Shown here: piece after piece, positions 1 to 14,153 of the stretch
Layout of the letters: each line of letters starts with the position of its first letter
Position numbering within the stretch: the stretch's first letter is position 1
Assembly: GCA_964016885.1 (NCBI GenBank)
Contig: OZ024747.1
Coordinates: 40,982,001-41,046,000 of the forward strand
From: Eledone cirrhosa
Lineage: Eukaryota
Direction: 5' to 3'
Length of the DNA stretch: 64,000 bases
Position numbers and translations under genes: made by a program
The notes under the pieces: model-generated
What the model was told of the DNA's origin: nothing
What the model saw: the letters and a program-made list of their open reading frames with translations, nothing else
Databases searched by the model: none

Positions 1-451
1 TTGGACAGTTGTTTAATTGTATTATATTAAGTATATTTGGACAGTTGTTTTATTGTATTATATTAAGTATTTTAAATCACAGTATTTCATTATTTATTGG
101 ATTGCCACATACCAGGAACCATGGTCCTTTAATATTTCAAAACAAGGTCTAGAAAATCTTTTTATGTGTATTTAACAAAAAACCGATTTTGTTGCACACA
201 CACAAAATATACGTAGAAGATCTTGGGCTTGTCTCAGTGAAAATCTGAAACAGACAGACCCCTAAAAAAATTGTATCTAAATGACGCAATAGCTAACGTA
301 TTAAATGACTATCAATATATATATATTTCCGTCTTTATATTTGAATTTAATATGCACAGATATTCTGTATAGTACTGTCTCAAGTTATTACGATATGATT
401 TGAGAGAGGAGTGGTGATAGTGTAGGTGTACCGTTTCATATACACACACAT

Positions 452-500
<49 letters not shown>

Positions 501-520
501 TGTATGTATATATATATGAG

Positions 521-1430
<910 letters not shown>

Positions 1431-1445
1431 ATATATATATGTATG

Positions 1446-1478
<33 letters not shown>

Positions 1479-1673
1479 GTATATCTATGTATATATATGT
1501 ATATATATGTATGTATGTGTGTATATATATATATATGTGTATGTATATGTATGTATATGTGTATATGTATGTGTGTATATGTATATGTATGTATGTATAT
1601 ATGTGTATGTATGTATGTATATGTATATATGTATGTATATGTATGTGTGTATGTATATGTATATGTATGTATG

Positions 1674-2270
1674 TTGGTGCTACTGGTAACATGTATCCCA
1701 GTACAACCTGTCTCATGGTCGGGTCGTTGGCGACTAAACTGGCAACCCCACCAAGGTTTCTTGGTGAGGAGGGTGACTTTGGACATCCTGCAGGACTAAA
1801 AACAAAACCTGTCAAAGGGCAAGGGAGCTCTTAAGACTCAATAGCCATCCAAAATCACCGGGAGAGATGACCCCTTAGCCTTTATCAAGGCAGAATTCTA
1901 GGAGAAGGAAAACTCTGATATAACACCTGCAACCCTGATGGTATCCAATGATGTTGACTTGTTCTTCTTTTTGGTAAATATCATCTTGGTTAAGAGAGTG
2001 GGACTGGCTTTGTGCAGTGCCTTTGCTCACTATAAAAGCTTCACAGCACAGGCATTGCTTTATATCTGGAGATCTCTCTGCACTTGTCATCACATGGTAC
2101 CATGGGCCCTGCACTATGTGTCAATAATGGTCACAAGTGTAGTCTTTGTACCAGAGTTTTCAAGTCGCTGGCTGGACTAAAAAGTCACATTCGTTCAGCG
2201 CATCGGTAGGGGTTCTCCTACATGGATATAAAGTAGTGGCCGTACTCGAAAACGAGTTGGCAGCCACCAT
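1674..2270 (+). mobile_element. Family A copy 2, lacking about the first 13 nt
   Basis: Colinear with copy 1, same 3' end, in a TA/TATG tract. Confidence 0.9.
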
Positions 2271-2337
2271 GTATGTATGTATATGTGTATATATATGTAT
2301 GTATGTATATATATGTATGTATGTATATGTATATATG

Positions 2338-2368
<31 letters not shown>

Positions 2369-2499
2369 ATATATGTATGTATATATACTGTATATATGAA
2401 GATACAATGTGTAGCAGCAAGGGCGGTGTCCGAGCATGGCCTCAGCCGGATGGTTGGAACAGGTAAAAGAGTAAAAGAGTTAAAGAGTATATATATATA

Positions 2500-2999
2500 T
2501 ACACTGCAATACATTGTATGCTTAATTAAAAGCATTTCGAAGAACTTACGCTATTGTTTTAGAGTAGTGACAGTCTCACTTAATTCAATTTTCAGCAAAC
2601 AGCGGAGATAAAGGTGACAGAGCTCTGTTTCGCACTTTTTGGTGCTTATCAAAGCTAACTACTCCACCTGTTTGCTGAAAATTATGAATGTTTGATTCTT
2701 ATAGAATTCCAGTAATAATCAGAAACTGATTATACAGAGCGGTCGCCGGTCAAGCAGAAACTGAAAATTAGAATTGGTGCTCTGAAATAGGTGGTGGAGT
2801 TACCTTTAATAAGCACCAAAAAGTGCGAAACAGAGCTCTGTCAGCTTTATCTCCCATGTTCGCTGAAAATTGAAGTAGGTGAGACTGTCACTACTCTAAA
2901 ACAATAGCGTAAGGTCTTCGAAATGCTTTTAATTAAGCACATAGTGTATTTCAAAATACACTACATATACATTCATATATATATCGCTATTTCAGAGCA

Positions 3000-3002
<3 letters not shown>
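2500..3002. mobile_element. Fold-back element (~165 bp inverted arms) with a hammerhead motif in each arm
   Basis: About 2505-2670 is the reverse complement of about 2790-2955; bounded by (TA)n. Confidence 0.75.
2612..2656 (-). ncRNA. Type I hammerhead ribozyme, U3-A8 core variant
   Basis: Minus strand AGCT-TTGATAA-GCAC caaaaa GTGC-GAAAC-AGAGCTCT-GTC-ACCT; mirror copy 2802-2846 (+) has G5A. Confidence 0.7.
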
Positions 3003-3081
<79 letters not shown>

Positions 3082-3228
3082 AATTAAAATACTAGAGTGT
3101 GTTGGAGTTAAACACCCTCTTCATATTATAGAAATGACAGTAAAGATATAGCTCAATGTAATCAAACAGAGCCGAAGAATTACGTAAATAAACCAAAGAA
3201 GCCTTCAATACATCAAAAGTCTTTATTA

Positions 3229-3266
3229 GCCAACAATGTTTCGTCCTATTAAGGACTCATCAGGGC
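3229..3266 (-). ncRNA. Minimal type I hammerhead ribozyme, canonical core
   Basis: GCC-CTGATGA-GTCCT taat AGGAC-GAAAC-att-GTT-GGC. Confidence 0.8.
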
Positions 3267-3947
3267 AAGTAAAGCTATAAGAAGCACTATCGGCCAATAC
3301 AAGCCAAAAACTCAGAAGAATATGGAGTATACATACATTAAAGCATAGGAAAATTATCAAGTAAAAATTGCTAAGGAAGTGAATAACATTTTGAACCCAT
3401 ATTACAAATATAGTACAATGCAAAAACTAAAACTAAACACGTGGTGATATAAAGCGAGAATTACAGTACGATATATAATATAATATAATATAATATAATT
3501 AATAATGATAATAATAATAATATTAAAAGGCCCAATATACATATATATATATACATATGTACATACATATATATATATATATCAATACACATATCCATCA
3601 ATACAAACACAAACTAACACTTATTAAGAGTTTAAATATAAATATAATACATATATTATTTACAGTATAAAGTGATAAAGAAATGAATAAAAATAAAAAT
3701 ATAATATATAATATACTATATAATTTATAATCTCCGGTCAATTTGCACAAATAATATAAATATTATAATAACACTATAATAACAATATTATAATATATTG
3801 GCATATAACTTAACAGATCATATAAAGTTACACACAGGGTGAGAAAAAAATATCATACAGAATTGAATTGTGTTGAAAAAATTGTACTGGAAAAATATCT
3901 ATACCGTTGTAACAAAACAGACGGAGGTCGAGTTTTTATACAATTGG

Positions 3948-3984
<37 letters not shown>

Positions 3985-3988
<4 letters not shown>

Positions 3989-4510
3989 ATATGGGTGAGA
4001 AGAATACTGCTGTTTGCATATGGATAACATGTTATAAAATGAGTCCCTCATCAGTGATTTACCAAACGATCATGGGTATTTCATCGCATTAAAAATCATA
4101 TACCTCACGTTGGAGCGATAATAACTAAAATAAGTTATTAGGACAATAGAAACGCGTAAAGCGAGTGAGACAAGTAAACAACACAGGGGGAAGCTAACCG
4201 AAGATGGAAATAAACACAAGCAACATAGTTATTCTTTCAGCATAAGCTGTGTGAATATATGAGCGAGTCAGAAAACAGACCTTTCGCTAGTGAATCCGGT
4301 GTTAGAAAGAATGAAAACCGTTTTCCCAGCGAACGGGAGGAAGAAAGAAGGGGAGAAACAGGGACTGAGTGAGTGGGAGTGCGAGGAAGAGGTGAGTAGA
4401 GAGAAAGAGTTAACTGACATGGCAGAGGGGACGAAAGAAAGTAAGAGAAACAGAGAGAACGAGGGCGCAGTAAGAGAGAAAGAGAGAAACACAGAATTGC
4501 AGTTTGGGTA
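3985..4510 (-). repeat. Family C repeat, probable PLE-derived terminus (diverged copy)
   Basis: Shares gcgatgaaat...tcactgatga(a/g)ggac block with 14150-15015 and 16125-16620; flanked by (TA)n. Confidence 0.5.
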
Positions 4511-4523
4511 AATATATATATAT

Positions 4524-4646
<123 letters not shown>

Positions 4647-4669
4647 CATATATATATGTGTATATATAT

Positions 4670-5277
4670 GTCAGGTCACCACTTGGTGCTACTGGTAACA
4701 TGTATCCCAGTACAACCTGTCTCATGGTCGGGTCGTTGGCGACTAAACTGGCAACCCCACCAAGGTTTCTTGGTGAGGAGGGTGACTTTGGACATCCTGC
4801 AGGACTAAAAACAAAACCTGTCAAAGGGCAAGGGAGCTCTTAAGAGTCAATGGCCATCCAAAATCACTGGGAGAGATGACTCCTTAGCCTTTGTCAAGGC
4901 AGAATTCTAGGAGAAGGAAAACTCTGATATAACACCTGCAACCCTGATGGTATCCAATGATGTTGACTTGTTCTTCTTTTTGGTAAATATCATCTTGGTT
5001 AAGAGAGTGGGACTGGCTTTGTGCAGTGCCTTTGCTCACTATAAAAGCTTCACGGCACAGGCATTGCTTTGTATCTGGAGATCTCTCTGCACTTGTCGTC
5101 ACATGGTACCATGGGCCTAGCACTGTGTCAATAATTGTCACAAGTGTAGTGTTTATACCAGAGTTTTCAAGTCGCTGACTGGACTAAAAAGTCACACTCG
5201 TTCAGCGCATCGGTAGGGGTTCTCCTACATGGATATAAAGTAGTGGCCGTACTCGAAAACGAGTTGGCAGCCACCAT
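4670..5277 (+). mobile_element. Family A copy 3
   Basis: Full length, both defined ends, in (TA)n. Confidence 0.9.
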
Positions 5278-5409
5278 ATATATGTCTAATAATTTGTATT
5301 CGTCGCACCGCTGATTCTCCGTTTCTTATGTGATGTTATACTCTGCTCTGTAAGAGCATCGAGTGCTCAAACGGCCTACCGCTTACGGACGCTTTAAGCA
5401 TCCTACACC

Positions 5410-5476
<67 letters not shown>

Positions 5477-6121
5477 AAAATGTATGACCCCGACGGCAGA
5501 GCTCAAGCCGTTTCGACGGCTATTTCAGAACGTTTTCGCATTCGTCTGTCTGTAGCGAGATCTAAGTTTGACAATCGCCACAGACAGACAAATGCGAGAA
5601 AGTTCTCCAACCCAAGTTAACCAGGAATCTTTAAAATGTTTCCCACCGAAGTTAACAAAGAACTTACTGGATCGACCAACTCATAATATTATAATATTAT
5701 AAAATTAAATTTTAAAAAAATGTTTAACACTACAAGTGAAGTCATTCTTTTCCTTTTTTCAAATATATATATGGGAGGTGCCCATTTATGCAATAATTGG
5801 AACATGTGTATACATTATGCATTAAGAAAATGTAAAATTGATTATGAGCCAATGGCATCTATGTAACTGTATTTCTATTATGTAATTCAATCCATGTGAA
5901 TTTGATAATATTATTCTGAATGAGAAAACGGTAATTTGTTTGCCCGGCAGGAATCTTTTGCGTCTGTTTTATCTCCCCATCTTCTACATACATGTGGAGT
6001 ATAAAAAGGAAAGATATACAAATGATATGAATCCAATATATAATTTAATTGCTGCAATACATATCCATATGTACACACACACATACATATATTCATGGCA
6101 CACACGGACAGACACACACAC

Positions 6122-6175
<54 letters not shown>

Positions 6176-6210
6176 AATAACTGCTTATAAGCAACTTGTT
6201 TTCTGCAACG

Positions 6211-6257
<47 letters not shown>

Positions 6258-6751
6258 CATCTTTGGAAATATACATTATTATTAAATAATTACCACCTCC
6301 GAAATATTTCTCAACTGTAAGAGAAGAAACTGGTAATTATAATGGAATTACATCATAATACCTTAAATAATAGACTACTCATTACCACATCCAAGTGATG
6401 TAATAATTTCATTGTTGACTATAGAATTAGTTACGGACTGTTTTCAACTTATATATTTCCTCGTTGCAAAAAACGAATGTAATTATGTTCGGTACGATAA
6501 GTAATACACCTAATTGAAATGTTCTGTAAATGAGTGTTATCTGCTGACGATAATTAGTCCCTGCAATAAGATAATGGGAATAAGTAGACTCAAGTCTTTT
6601 CCAAACGAAATCGCTTCATACGCAGATTGAAATATCTATAAATTAGAATCAAAATCCCTTCGTGTCTCGCAACGTGATGATAAGAACGTTTGTATCAAAT
6701 TTGCAATCGGTTTGTAGAAATGATAAAGTTTTTTATTATCCGAAAAGATAA

Positions 6752-6965
6752 GGGTGGTAGATTGGGAGTATCGCTAGAGCGTCGGGCAACATGCTTTGTG
6801 ACATATAGTTAGTCGCTTTACGTTCTGAGTTCAAATCCCGCCGAGGGTAGTTTTGCCTCTCATCTTTACGGGATCGATAAAATAATGTACCAGTAACGCA
6901 CTGAGGTTAATTGACCCTCACCCTCTGAAATAAATGCTGGTCTTGTGCCTAAATCAGAAACTATT
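6752..6965 (+). mobile_element. tRNA-derived SINE (variant subfamily)
   Basis: B-box gagttcaaatcc, central gcctctcatctttacgggatcgataaaataatgtaccag, 3' tgctggtcttgtgcctaaa. Confidence 0.7.
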
Positions 6966-7251
6966 ATCCGTGGAGATAGAATACAGTCATTTGTCAACAA
7001 TGTTCGGCAAACATCTTAATACTCGTAGAGCCTAAATCAGTTATCCTAATTATTACATCACTCGTTCACTCGTTCGCTTTGGAGAGCGACATTCGTTTCT
7101 GTTACTTGAATTGTTTTTATGAAAAGTTCATAGACTGAAAAGTTCCCAGGTTGACCAAGATATTTACAGGGTATGAACAAATAAAGTATATTTTTCAATA
7201 TAGTCCGTGGAAAGAAACAATGCAGCTATTATTAAGAAGAGTGGATTAAGA

Positions 7252-7445
7252 AGGCGGTGGATTGGCAGTATCGGTAGAGGGTCGGACGCCATGCTTTGAA
7301 ACATAGAGTTACCTCCCTGTATGATTTGAGTTCACATCCTGCCGAAGTTAACTTTGCCTTTCATCCTTACGGGGGTCGATAAAATAAAGTACCAGTAATG
7401 CACTGAGTAATTGCTGGCCTTGTGCCAAAAGTAGAAACAATTATT
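7252..7445 (+). mobile_element. tRNA-derived SINE
   Basis: A-box-like tggcagtatcgg, B-box-like gagttcacatcc, gcctttcatccttacgggggtcgataaaataaagtaccag core; about 10 copies in the window. Confidence 0.85.
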
Positions 7446-7817
7446 AAGAAGAGTTGAAATTAATGCATGCAAGATATCACAGCCCTAGCATCACTCCTTC
7501 ATAGATAGCCTATGAATTGTTCAGCCTGCCCTCGTATGTAGAAGGCTAACTAACAGAATTAATTTCAATATCTTAGGTTTCTCGAAAGAAAGAAAATGTA
7601 AAGTAGAAAGAAAATGTAAAGGACTGACCGCTGTGTGTGTTTCAAAGGACTGTGTGTGTTTCTCTTGAGTAGACATACCTCTAATACATTAATTTATTTG
7701 ACGGTGTATAAGATGGAAATGATTCTAACAGAATTCAAACGGTGCCTCTACACAATTGCCACTCCTTCCTCAAGACAACGTTATACAGAATATCTGCACA
7801 TATATTAAATTCAAATA

Positions 7818-7985
7818 TAATTGTTTCTACTTTTGGCACAAGGCCAGCAATTACTCAGTACATTACTGGTACTTTATTTTATCGACCTCGTAAGGCAAAG
7901 TTAACCTCAGCGGGATTTGAACTCAGATCATACAGGGAGGGGGGGGTAACTCTATGCTTCAAAGCATGGCGTCCGACCCTCTATT
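7818..7985 (-). mobile_element. tRNA-derived SINE, 5' truncated
   Basis: Reverse complement of the same family. Confidence 0.8.
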
Positions 7986-8130
7986 ATTAAATTCAAATAT
8001 AATGACGGAAGGAAATGCAACGATGTATTGATACATCTGTGTGTATATGAGTGTGTGTGTGTGTGTATGTGTGTGTGTGTGTGTGTGCGTGTGATTATTC
8101 ATGTGTGTGTGTGTATGTGTGTATGTGTGT

Positions 8131-8182
<52 letters not shown>

Positions 8183-8682
8183 CTAAATATTTCATATGTT
8201 CTTTATTTTCGATTTTTTAATACTTGCCACATGAATAAAAATGAAATGTTATTTTTAATTAAATTGTGCGCATACATATATACATACATACATGCATGCA
8301 TACATACATACATACATACATACATACATACATACATACATACATACATACATACATACATACATAGTACATACATAGGATGAGAGAAAGGAAAAGAGAG
8401 AGAGATAACTTGTGATAGAGAGAGATAGAACTTCTGTGTGTGAGAGAGAGATTTATGATGGTAACTCAGTGTAAATTATCACTTCAGAATTGTAAATTAA
8501 TTTATCCAAAGTCAATTAATATACAAAACAGTACTATAATTTATTCATAGCTAGTAGAAATCTGGACACTTGGATAATGAAATTACCCAATCTGAATTTC
8601 TATGATTCATATCATATATGAAATATAATTATTAATGTTTGATAAATGGACTGTAATAGACTTCACAAGGATATTATATTGG

Positions 8683-8852
8683 TATTGGTAGTATCGGTAG
8701 AGGGTCGGACGCCATGCTTTCCAGCATAGTTACGTCCCTTTACGATCTGAGTTCAAATCCCGCCGAGGTTGACTTTGCCTTTCATCCTTACGGGGTCGAT
8801 AAAATAAAGTACCAGTAATGTACTGGCCTTGTGCCTAAAGTAGAAACAATTA
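8683..8852 (+). mobile_element. tRNA-derived SINE
   Basis: Same family motifs. Confidence 0.85.
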
Positions 8853-9634
8853 TATTGGTTGCTGGTAAAAACCTGAGTGAATGGCTCGGTATTAAACCCA
8901 ACGTTATATTTAAATGAATTATAGGCCCTACGTCATAGTTTCAACATGGATCTACTCAACTAAACATATGGTTATTGAGGTTATTATTTAACCCATTAAC
9001 CCCCTAGTTCGGCCATAATTGTGCCTAAATTAGAGATCAATATTTAAAAACATGAAGACATTTTGAAGCAGGAGAAATACGAGGGTGGGCTGAAATGTTT
9101 ATAGGCTGACTATGAAGGATTAACGTTAGAGCTGTGAAATCCTTCACGTGTTTCAAATCATGTATAATATAATCGAAACTTCTAGGAATAATTTAGCGGA
9201 GAAGAAGAGAAATTATTTGCAAATACTTCTTGAACATTTTAATTACTCCTCTGTTTTAAGGGGATAATGTAAAAACTACTGTTTAGTCAACTAAATTTCG
9301 TTTGAAAGCTAATATAATTAATGTCTTCCAGAGTATAACTAAGAATCAGCGGCAATACCTCTTATCAGAACTTAAGAATCGATCAAAGGTTTGTAAATGA
9401 AACGCCGGTGGACTGATTGAAAATCTCAAGTATGAATATATATTTAAATGCAAATACAGTTTTTCACGCTGACTAATTATATCATAAATGGTATTAAGGT
9501 TATACAAGTTCATATGACCAAAGGGGTAACTGCGAACATAATACGACTATACACATACATACATACATACATACATACATACATACATACATACATACAT
9601 ACATACATACATACATACATACATACATACATAC

Positions 9635-10244
9635 ATGGTGGCTGCCAACTCGTTTTCGAGTACGGCCACTACTTTATATCCATGTAGGAGAACCCCTACC
9701 GATGCACTGAACGAGTGTGACTTTCTAGTCCAGCCAGCGACTTGAAAACTCTGGTACAAACACTACACTTGTGACAATTATTGACACATAGTGCTGGACC
9801 CATGGTACCATGTGACGACAAGTGCACAGAGATCTCCAGATATAAAGCAATGCCTGTGCCGTGAAGCTTTTATAGTGAGCAAAGGCACTGCACAAAGCCA
9901 GTCCCACTCTCTTAACCAAGATGATATTTACCAAAAAGGAGAACAAGTCAACATCATTAGATACCATCAGGGTTGCAGGTGTTATATCAGAGTTTTCCTT
10001 CTCCTAGAATTCTGCCTTGACAAAGGCTAAGGGGTCATCTCTCCCGGTGATTTTGGATGGCCATTGACTCTTAAGAGCTCCTTTGCCCTTTGACAGGTTT
10101 TGTTTTTAGTCCTGCAGGATGTCCAAAGTCACTCTCCTCACCAAGAAACCTTGGTGGGGCTGCCAGTTTAGTCGCCAACGACCCGACCATGAGACAGGTT
10201 GTACTGGGATACATATTACCAGTAGCACCAGCTGGTGACCTGAC
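9635..10244 (-). mobile_element. Family A copy 4
   Basis: Reverse complement of family A, flanked on both sides by (CATA)n. Confidence 0.9.
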
Positions 10245-10348
10245 ATACATACATACATATATACATACATACATACATACATACATACATACATACATAC
10301 ATACATACATACATACATACATACATACATACATACATACATACATAC

Positions 10349-12600
10349 AAAGTGCTTAATAAAAGATTCAGATGAAACTAAACATGAGGCCCCATCCCAG
10401 AAAGACATAGATTCCTTTTGGAGAAAAATATGGGGTGAAAAGAAGAATTTCAACCAAGATGCAGGGTGGCTAAGAGAAATCCGAAAGAACTATTGCTCCT
10501 ACACTACAACAAAAACATACGAAATAAGTGAGGGTACCCTTGAGACTGTGATAGGAAAACTCCAAGATAAGAAAACACCAGGAAGAGACATGATTGTCGG
10601 CTACTGGTACAAAAAACTGATATTCTATCGGAGGTATCTTACTGTCTTTTTCTTGGGCTAAAGGTTAAAGACAGAAAGGGAGGACTCTATTTTCACTGAT
10701 AAAATAAAATATCGCAGGGGTATATTTCAGGGGGACAGTCTCTCTGTAATATTATTCATCTTGTCATTAAACCCCTTGTCCTTTCTGCTCAAGAAATGTG
10801 AGGGATACATCATTGGCTCACAAGAGGACAGAAATACGAACCTAACCCATAATTTCTTCGTAGACGATCTGAAACTCTATGCCTAGAACATGGATGGGAT
10901 GAAGAAAAATCTTGACCTGGTTACAACGTTCTCAAAGGATATAGGAATGGAGTTTGGCCAAGATAAATGCTCATACATGACTGTAAAGCGAGGAAAAACA
11001 ACAACCCAATCTAGTAACATTGTCATCAATGGCCCAACTGTTTCACCGATATCTGATGAGGACTGCTACAGATACCTGGGGATAGATGAGAACATATCCT
11101 ATAATGGTATCTGTAATAAAGAACGCGTAACCAGATTAAGAAAGATCTGGTCATCGGAACTCCCTGCGCAAAACAAAACAGTGGCTCACAATGTGTTTAC
11201 GGTGCCTGTCCTAACACCAACGTTTGGAATACTCAATTGGACGATAGACGAAATCCGAGCAGTTGATGTTGGAACTCGAAAAATACTAAACAACACCGGA
11301 AACTTCCACATCAACAGTGACATAGACCGCCTTTACTTGAAATGTAAGCAGGGAGGCAGAGGCCTAACATCAGTCCAGGCAACATTTCAATGTCGCATCA
11401 TATCTCTCCGACATCTACGAACCCCGAAGCGTAGCAGCCCGTTTCTCGAGCAAGTCTATCTGCATGAAACAGATAAGATCATGAGAGTTGGGAAGGAACT
11501 CCTCGAGAGATATTCCTTGTGTGATAATCAAAAACTCACACCCAGGGATGTTGCTCAGCAGTATCGCAGTGAATCCATGGATGAAAAACTGCATGCTTAT
11601 CAGCAAAAAATCATGCATGGATATGTTGCCAGGAAGCTCCAGAGTGAGAGTAATATAGATAAGGAAAGTAGTCTATCTTGGACCAACAACCGCTATATTG
11701 GCTCCCACTTTGAAGGATACGCTTTTGCAATCCAAGAACAGGAGATTAACACGAAATACCTGATTCACAAAAGAGATAGGATGCAGGCAAAACACCTAGA
11801 TGTAATAAGAAGTGCAGATTCTGCAGAACTACCATTGAGGATATCACCCATGTCATCAGCAGCTGTCCAAAGATGTCATCGCGGTACTATCTACCTATGA
11901 GGCATGATGTAGTGGCCAAAACACTGTACAATGCAGTTCGTAAAAAGGATAGCCCCGATAATAAACACATTAAAAGCTACAGCAATGTGGAAGACATCTG
12001 CTGTCCAATAAAAACCCTAATAAAATGCAGGCATAACAGACTAGATATTATGATATGGGACAGGGAGAAGAAAACATGCACAGTAGTGGAAATTAGCTGC
12101 CCAGCAGATGCCAATATAATATCAAAGATTAGTGAAAAGGAGAATATTTATGCAGAACTGATGAGAAATCTGCAGATACTCCACCCTGATTACACCTTCA
12201 GATGTATGCTTGTTATTATTGGGGCACTGGGGTATGTTAGTAACTGCCTCAATACAAATCTTGAGAAGCTAGGCTTCACAGAATCAGAAAGAACACAACT
12301 AGTTAGGAAATTACAAGTACAATCCATTAATGGAACAGTAAAAATATGTAAAACATTCCAAACATTTTGCATCTAATAACTGCATATACACATGTACAGA
12401 TACAAAGCATATACACATGCACACATACAACTCAAAACATACACATCCACACATACAATAACATCCATATCTACACATGCATGCATGCATACATATCTAC
12501 CTAGTTGATGTGTAAATTCCAATGAGAGAGTCTAGTGTCTATGTTAGGAACCGACTCTCTCTCTATTCGTAAAACTTTATGAAATTATAAAACCAGAAGA
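10349..12600 (+). mobile_element. R4/Dong-like non-LTR retrotransposon (RT, CCHC, restriction-like endonuclease); 5' truncated, internally deleted, frameshifted
   Basis: FWRKIW, KTPGRD, GIFQGDSLS, FVDDLKLY, YRYLG, GGRGL, CRFC...HVISSC, RHDVVAK, RLDI...VEISCP; stop at 12376, 3' UTR ends in cata repeats. Confidence 0.85.
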
Positions 12601-12869
12601 ACATACATATTTGTATATATATAATAAAAAGTTACAGTATCGTAAAAGAGGATAGAAAGAGGGAGTATAAAGAGGTGCGATCCAGGGTGTTACAGAGTAT
12701 TACATGCAGATACAGAGTAGTACATTCCAAAAGCGGGTGCATAAATGTTCGATGCTATGTATATATATATATATAGTAATAATAATGAATGTGAAGAGTA
12801 AAATCCGAAGAGTGCTCGATAAGGATAATATATATATAAATATATATAAAAACTGTAGAGCAAATATTT

Positions 12870-12987
12870 ATTGAAATAACGGATTAAAGTTTAAGCAAAG
12901 AATCGTTGCTTTCACCCTTAACGGGATGTTCTGAAGATCCCGTTAAGGGTGAATGCAGCGATTCTTTACTTAAACTTTAATCTGTTA

Positions 12988-12993
<6 letters not shown>
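12870..12993. repeat. Palindromic mini-element with degenerate hammerhead (12928-12975)
   Basis: Inverted arms around gttctgaag; CTGAAGA-tCCC gttaa GGGt-GAA; the other arm keeps GAAAGCAA...TTGCTT; related fragment near 61213-61260. Confidence 0.55.
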
Positions 12994-13035
<42 letters not shown>

Positions 13036-13036
<1 letters not shown>

Positions 13037-14000
13037 TTTCTGAATTTGTTTAGCAAGATTCTTTATCTGAAATCGTGTGTTGAAACCGATATTGTTATAC
13101 TTTGGGAGGGTCATGTTGCCAATAAGAAACACACGCACCAGTTGCTTTCACTTCAATTTATTATATATTTATAAATTTATAAATTTACAAATCTACAAAC
13201 TTATAAATTTCTGTTTGGTTGGTTCCACAACCAGATAGTTGTTTATATATAGTCATAGTCCTTTCGTCACACACTCTGTGACCTCTTCAGTGACTGGGGA
13301 TTCCTTTCTTTGTTTCTGTGCCTTTCATTTCTTCTGTCCTACGCCATTTTGTTTCTGTGTGTGTGTTGTGTGCTCAGTTTGCGCATGCGCCACATCCGGG
13401 TGTCTGTGTGTGTTTGTGTTCATTTATCTATTTGTTTATTTATTTACATGTTGTTGGTTGGTTGTTTGTTCTATGTGTGTGTGTGTTTTCATTTTGTCCT
13501 TAAATGTAAGTTGTGATGTTGCTGTTCCACTCATATTTTTTATTTAATTTTGGTTGTAATTCTTATATGCTTACTGCCTCTGTAATTTGCCTAAACATTG
13601 CATCTTTTCTGTGTGTGGATTCTATTTTTATTTCTATGTTCTCTAATTTACCCTTGTGTTCTATCTTAGCATGTTGGTAGAGTACAGATGATTCTTTATT
13701 GTCTTGAAGGTCTCGCCAGTGTTCATTTATCCGTTCCTCTATACTACGAGCTGTCTCACCTATGTACACTATATTTTTGTTTCTACATTGTCCTTCAGTA
13801 CATCTTATGCTATACACTACATTTCTAGTTTTACAGTTAATATGGGGGCTTATTTTACAGGTTATACATTTCTTATCTATACATGAGGGTCTTTGGAACG
13901 GGTATGTCTTGCTAATAAGTGTTTTTACGGAGGTACCTGGTCTTTCTACTATCTTAATAGTGAGTTTATGTTTATTGGCAACATGACCCTCCCAAAGTAT

Positions 14001-14006
<6 letters not shown>
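13036..14006 (-). mobile_element. 5' truncated Penelope-like element (family B): Cys-rich linker, GIY-YIG endonuclease, 3' terminus with hammerhead motif (13252-13294), short inverted terminus at the 5' junction
   Basis: CIDKKCITC...[12 protein letters not shown]...[17 protein letters not shown]...[11 protein letters not shown]...RQITEAVSI; about 13970-14006 is the reverse complement of about 13089-13125. Confidence 0.9.
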
Positions 14007-14046
<40 letters not shown>

Positions 14047-14092
14047 ATATATATACATATGTGTGTGTGTGTATATATACAGATATATATAC

Positions 14093-14149
<57 letters not shown>

Positions 14150-14153
<4 letters not shown>

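Noticed and set aside
7252-7345. tRNA genes
   Set aside because: Box A/B-like motifs are present but there is no complete cloverleaf, and each continues into a shared SINE body.
9078-9150. Mariner-like TIR remnants (also near 7120-7205)
   Set aside because: Short and unpaired with no transposase, so too weak to call.
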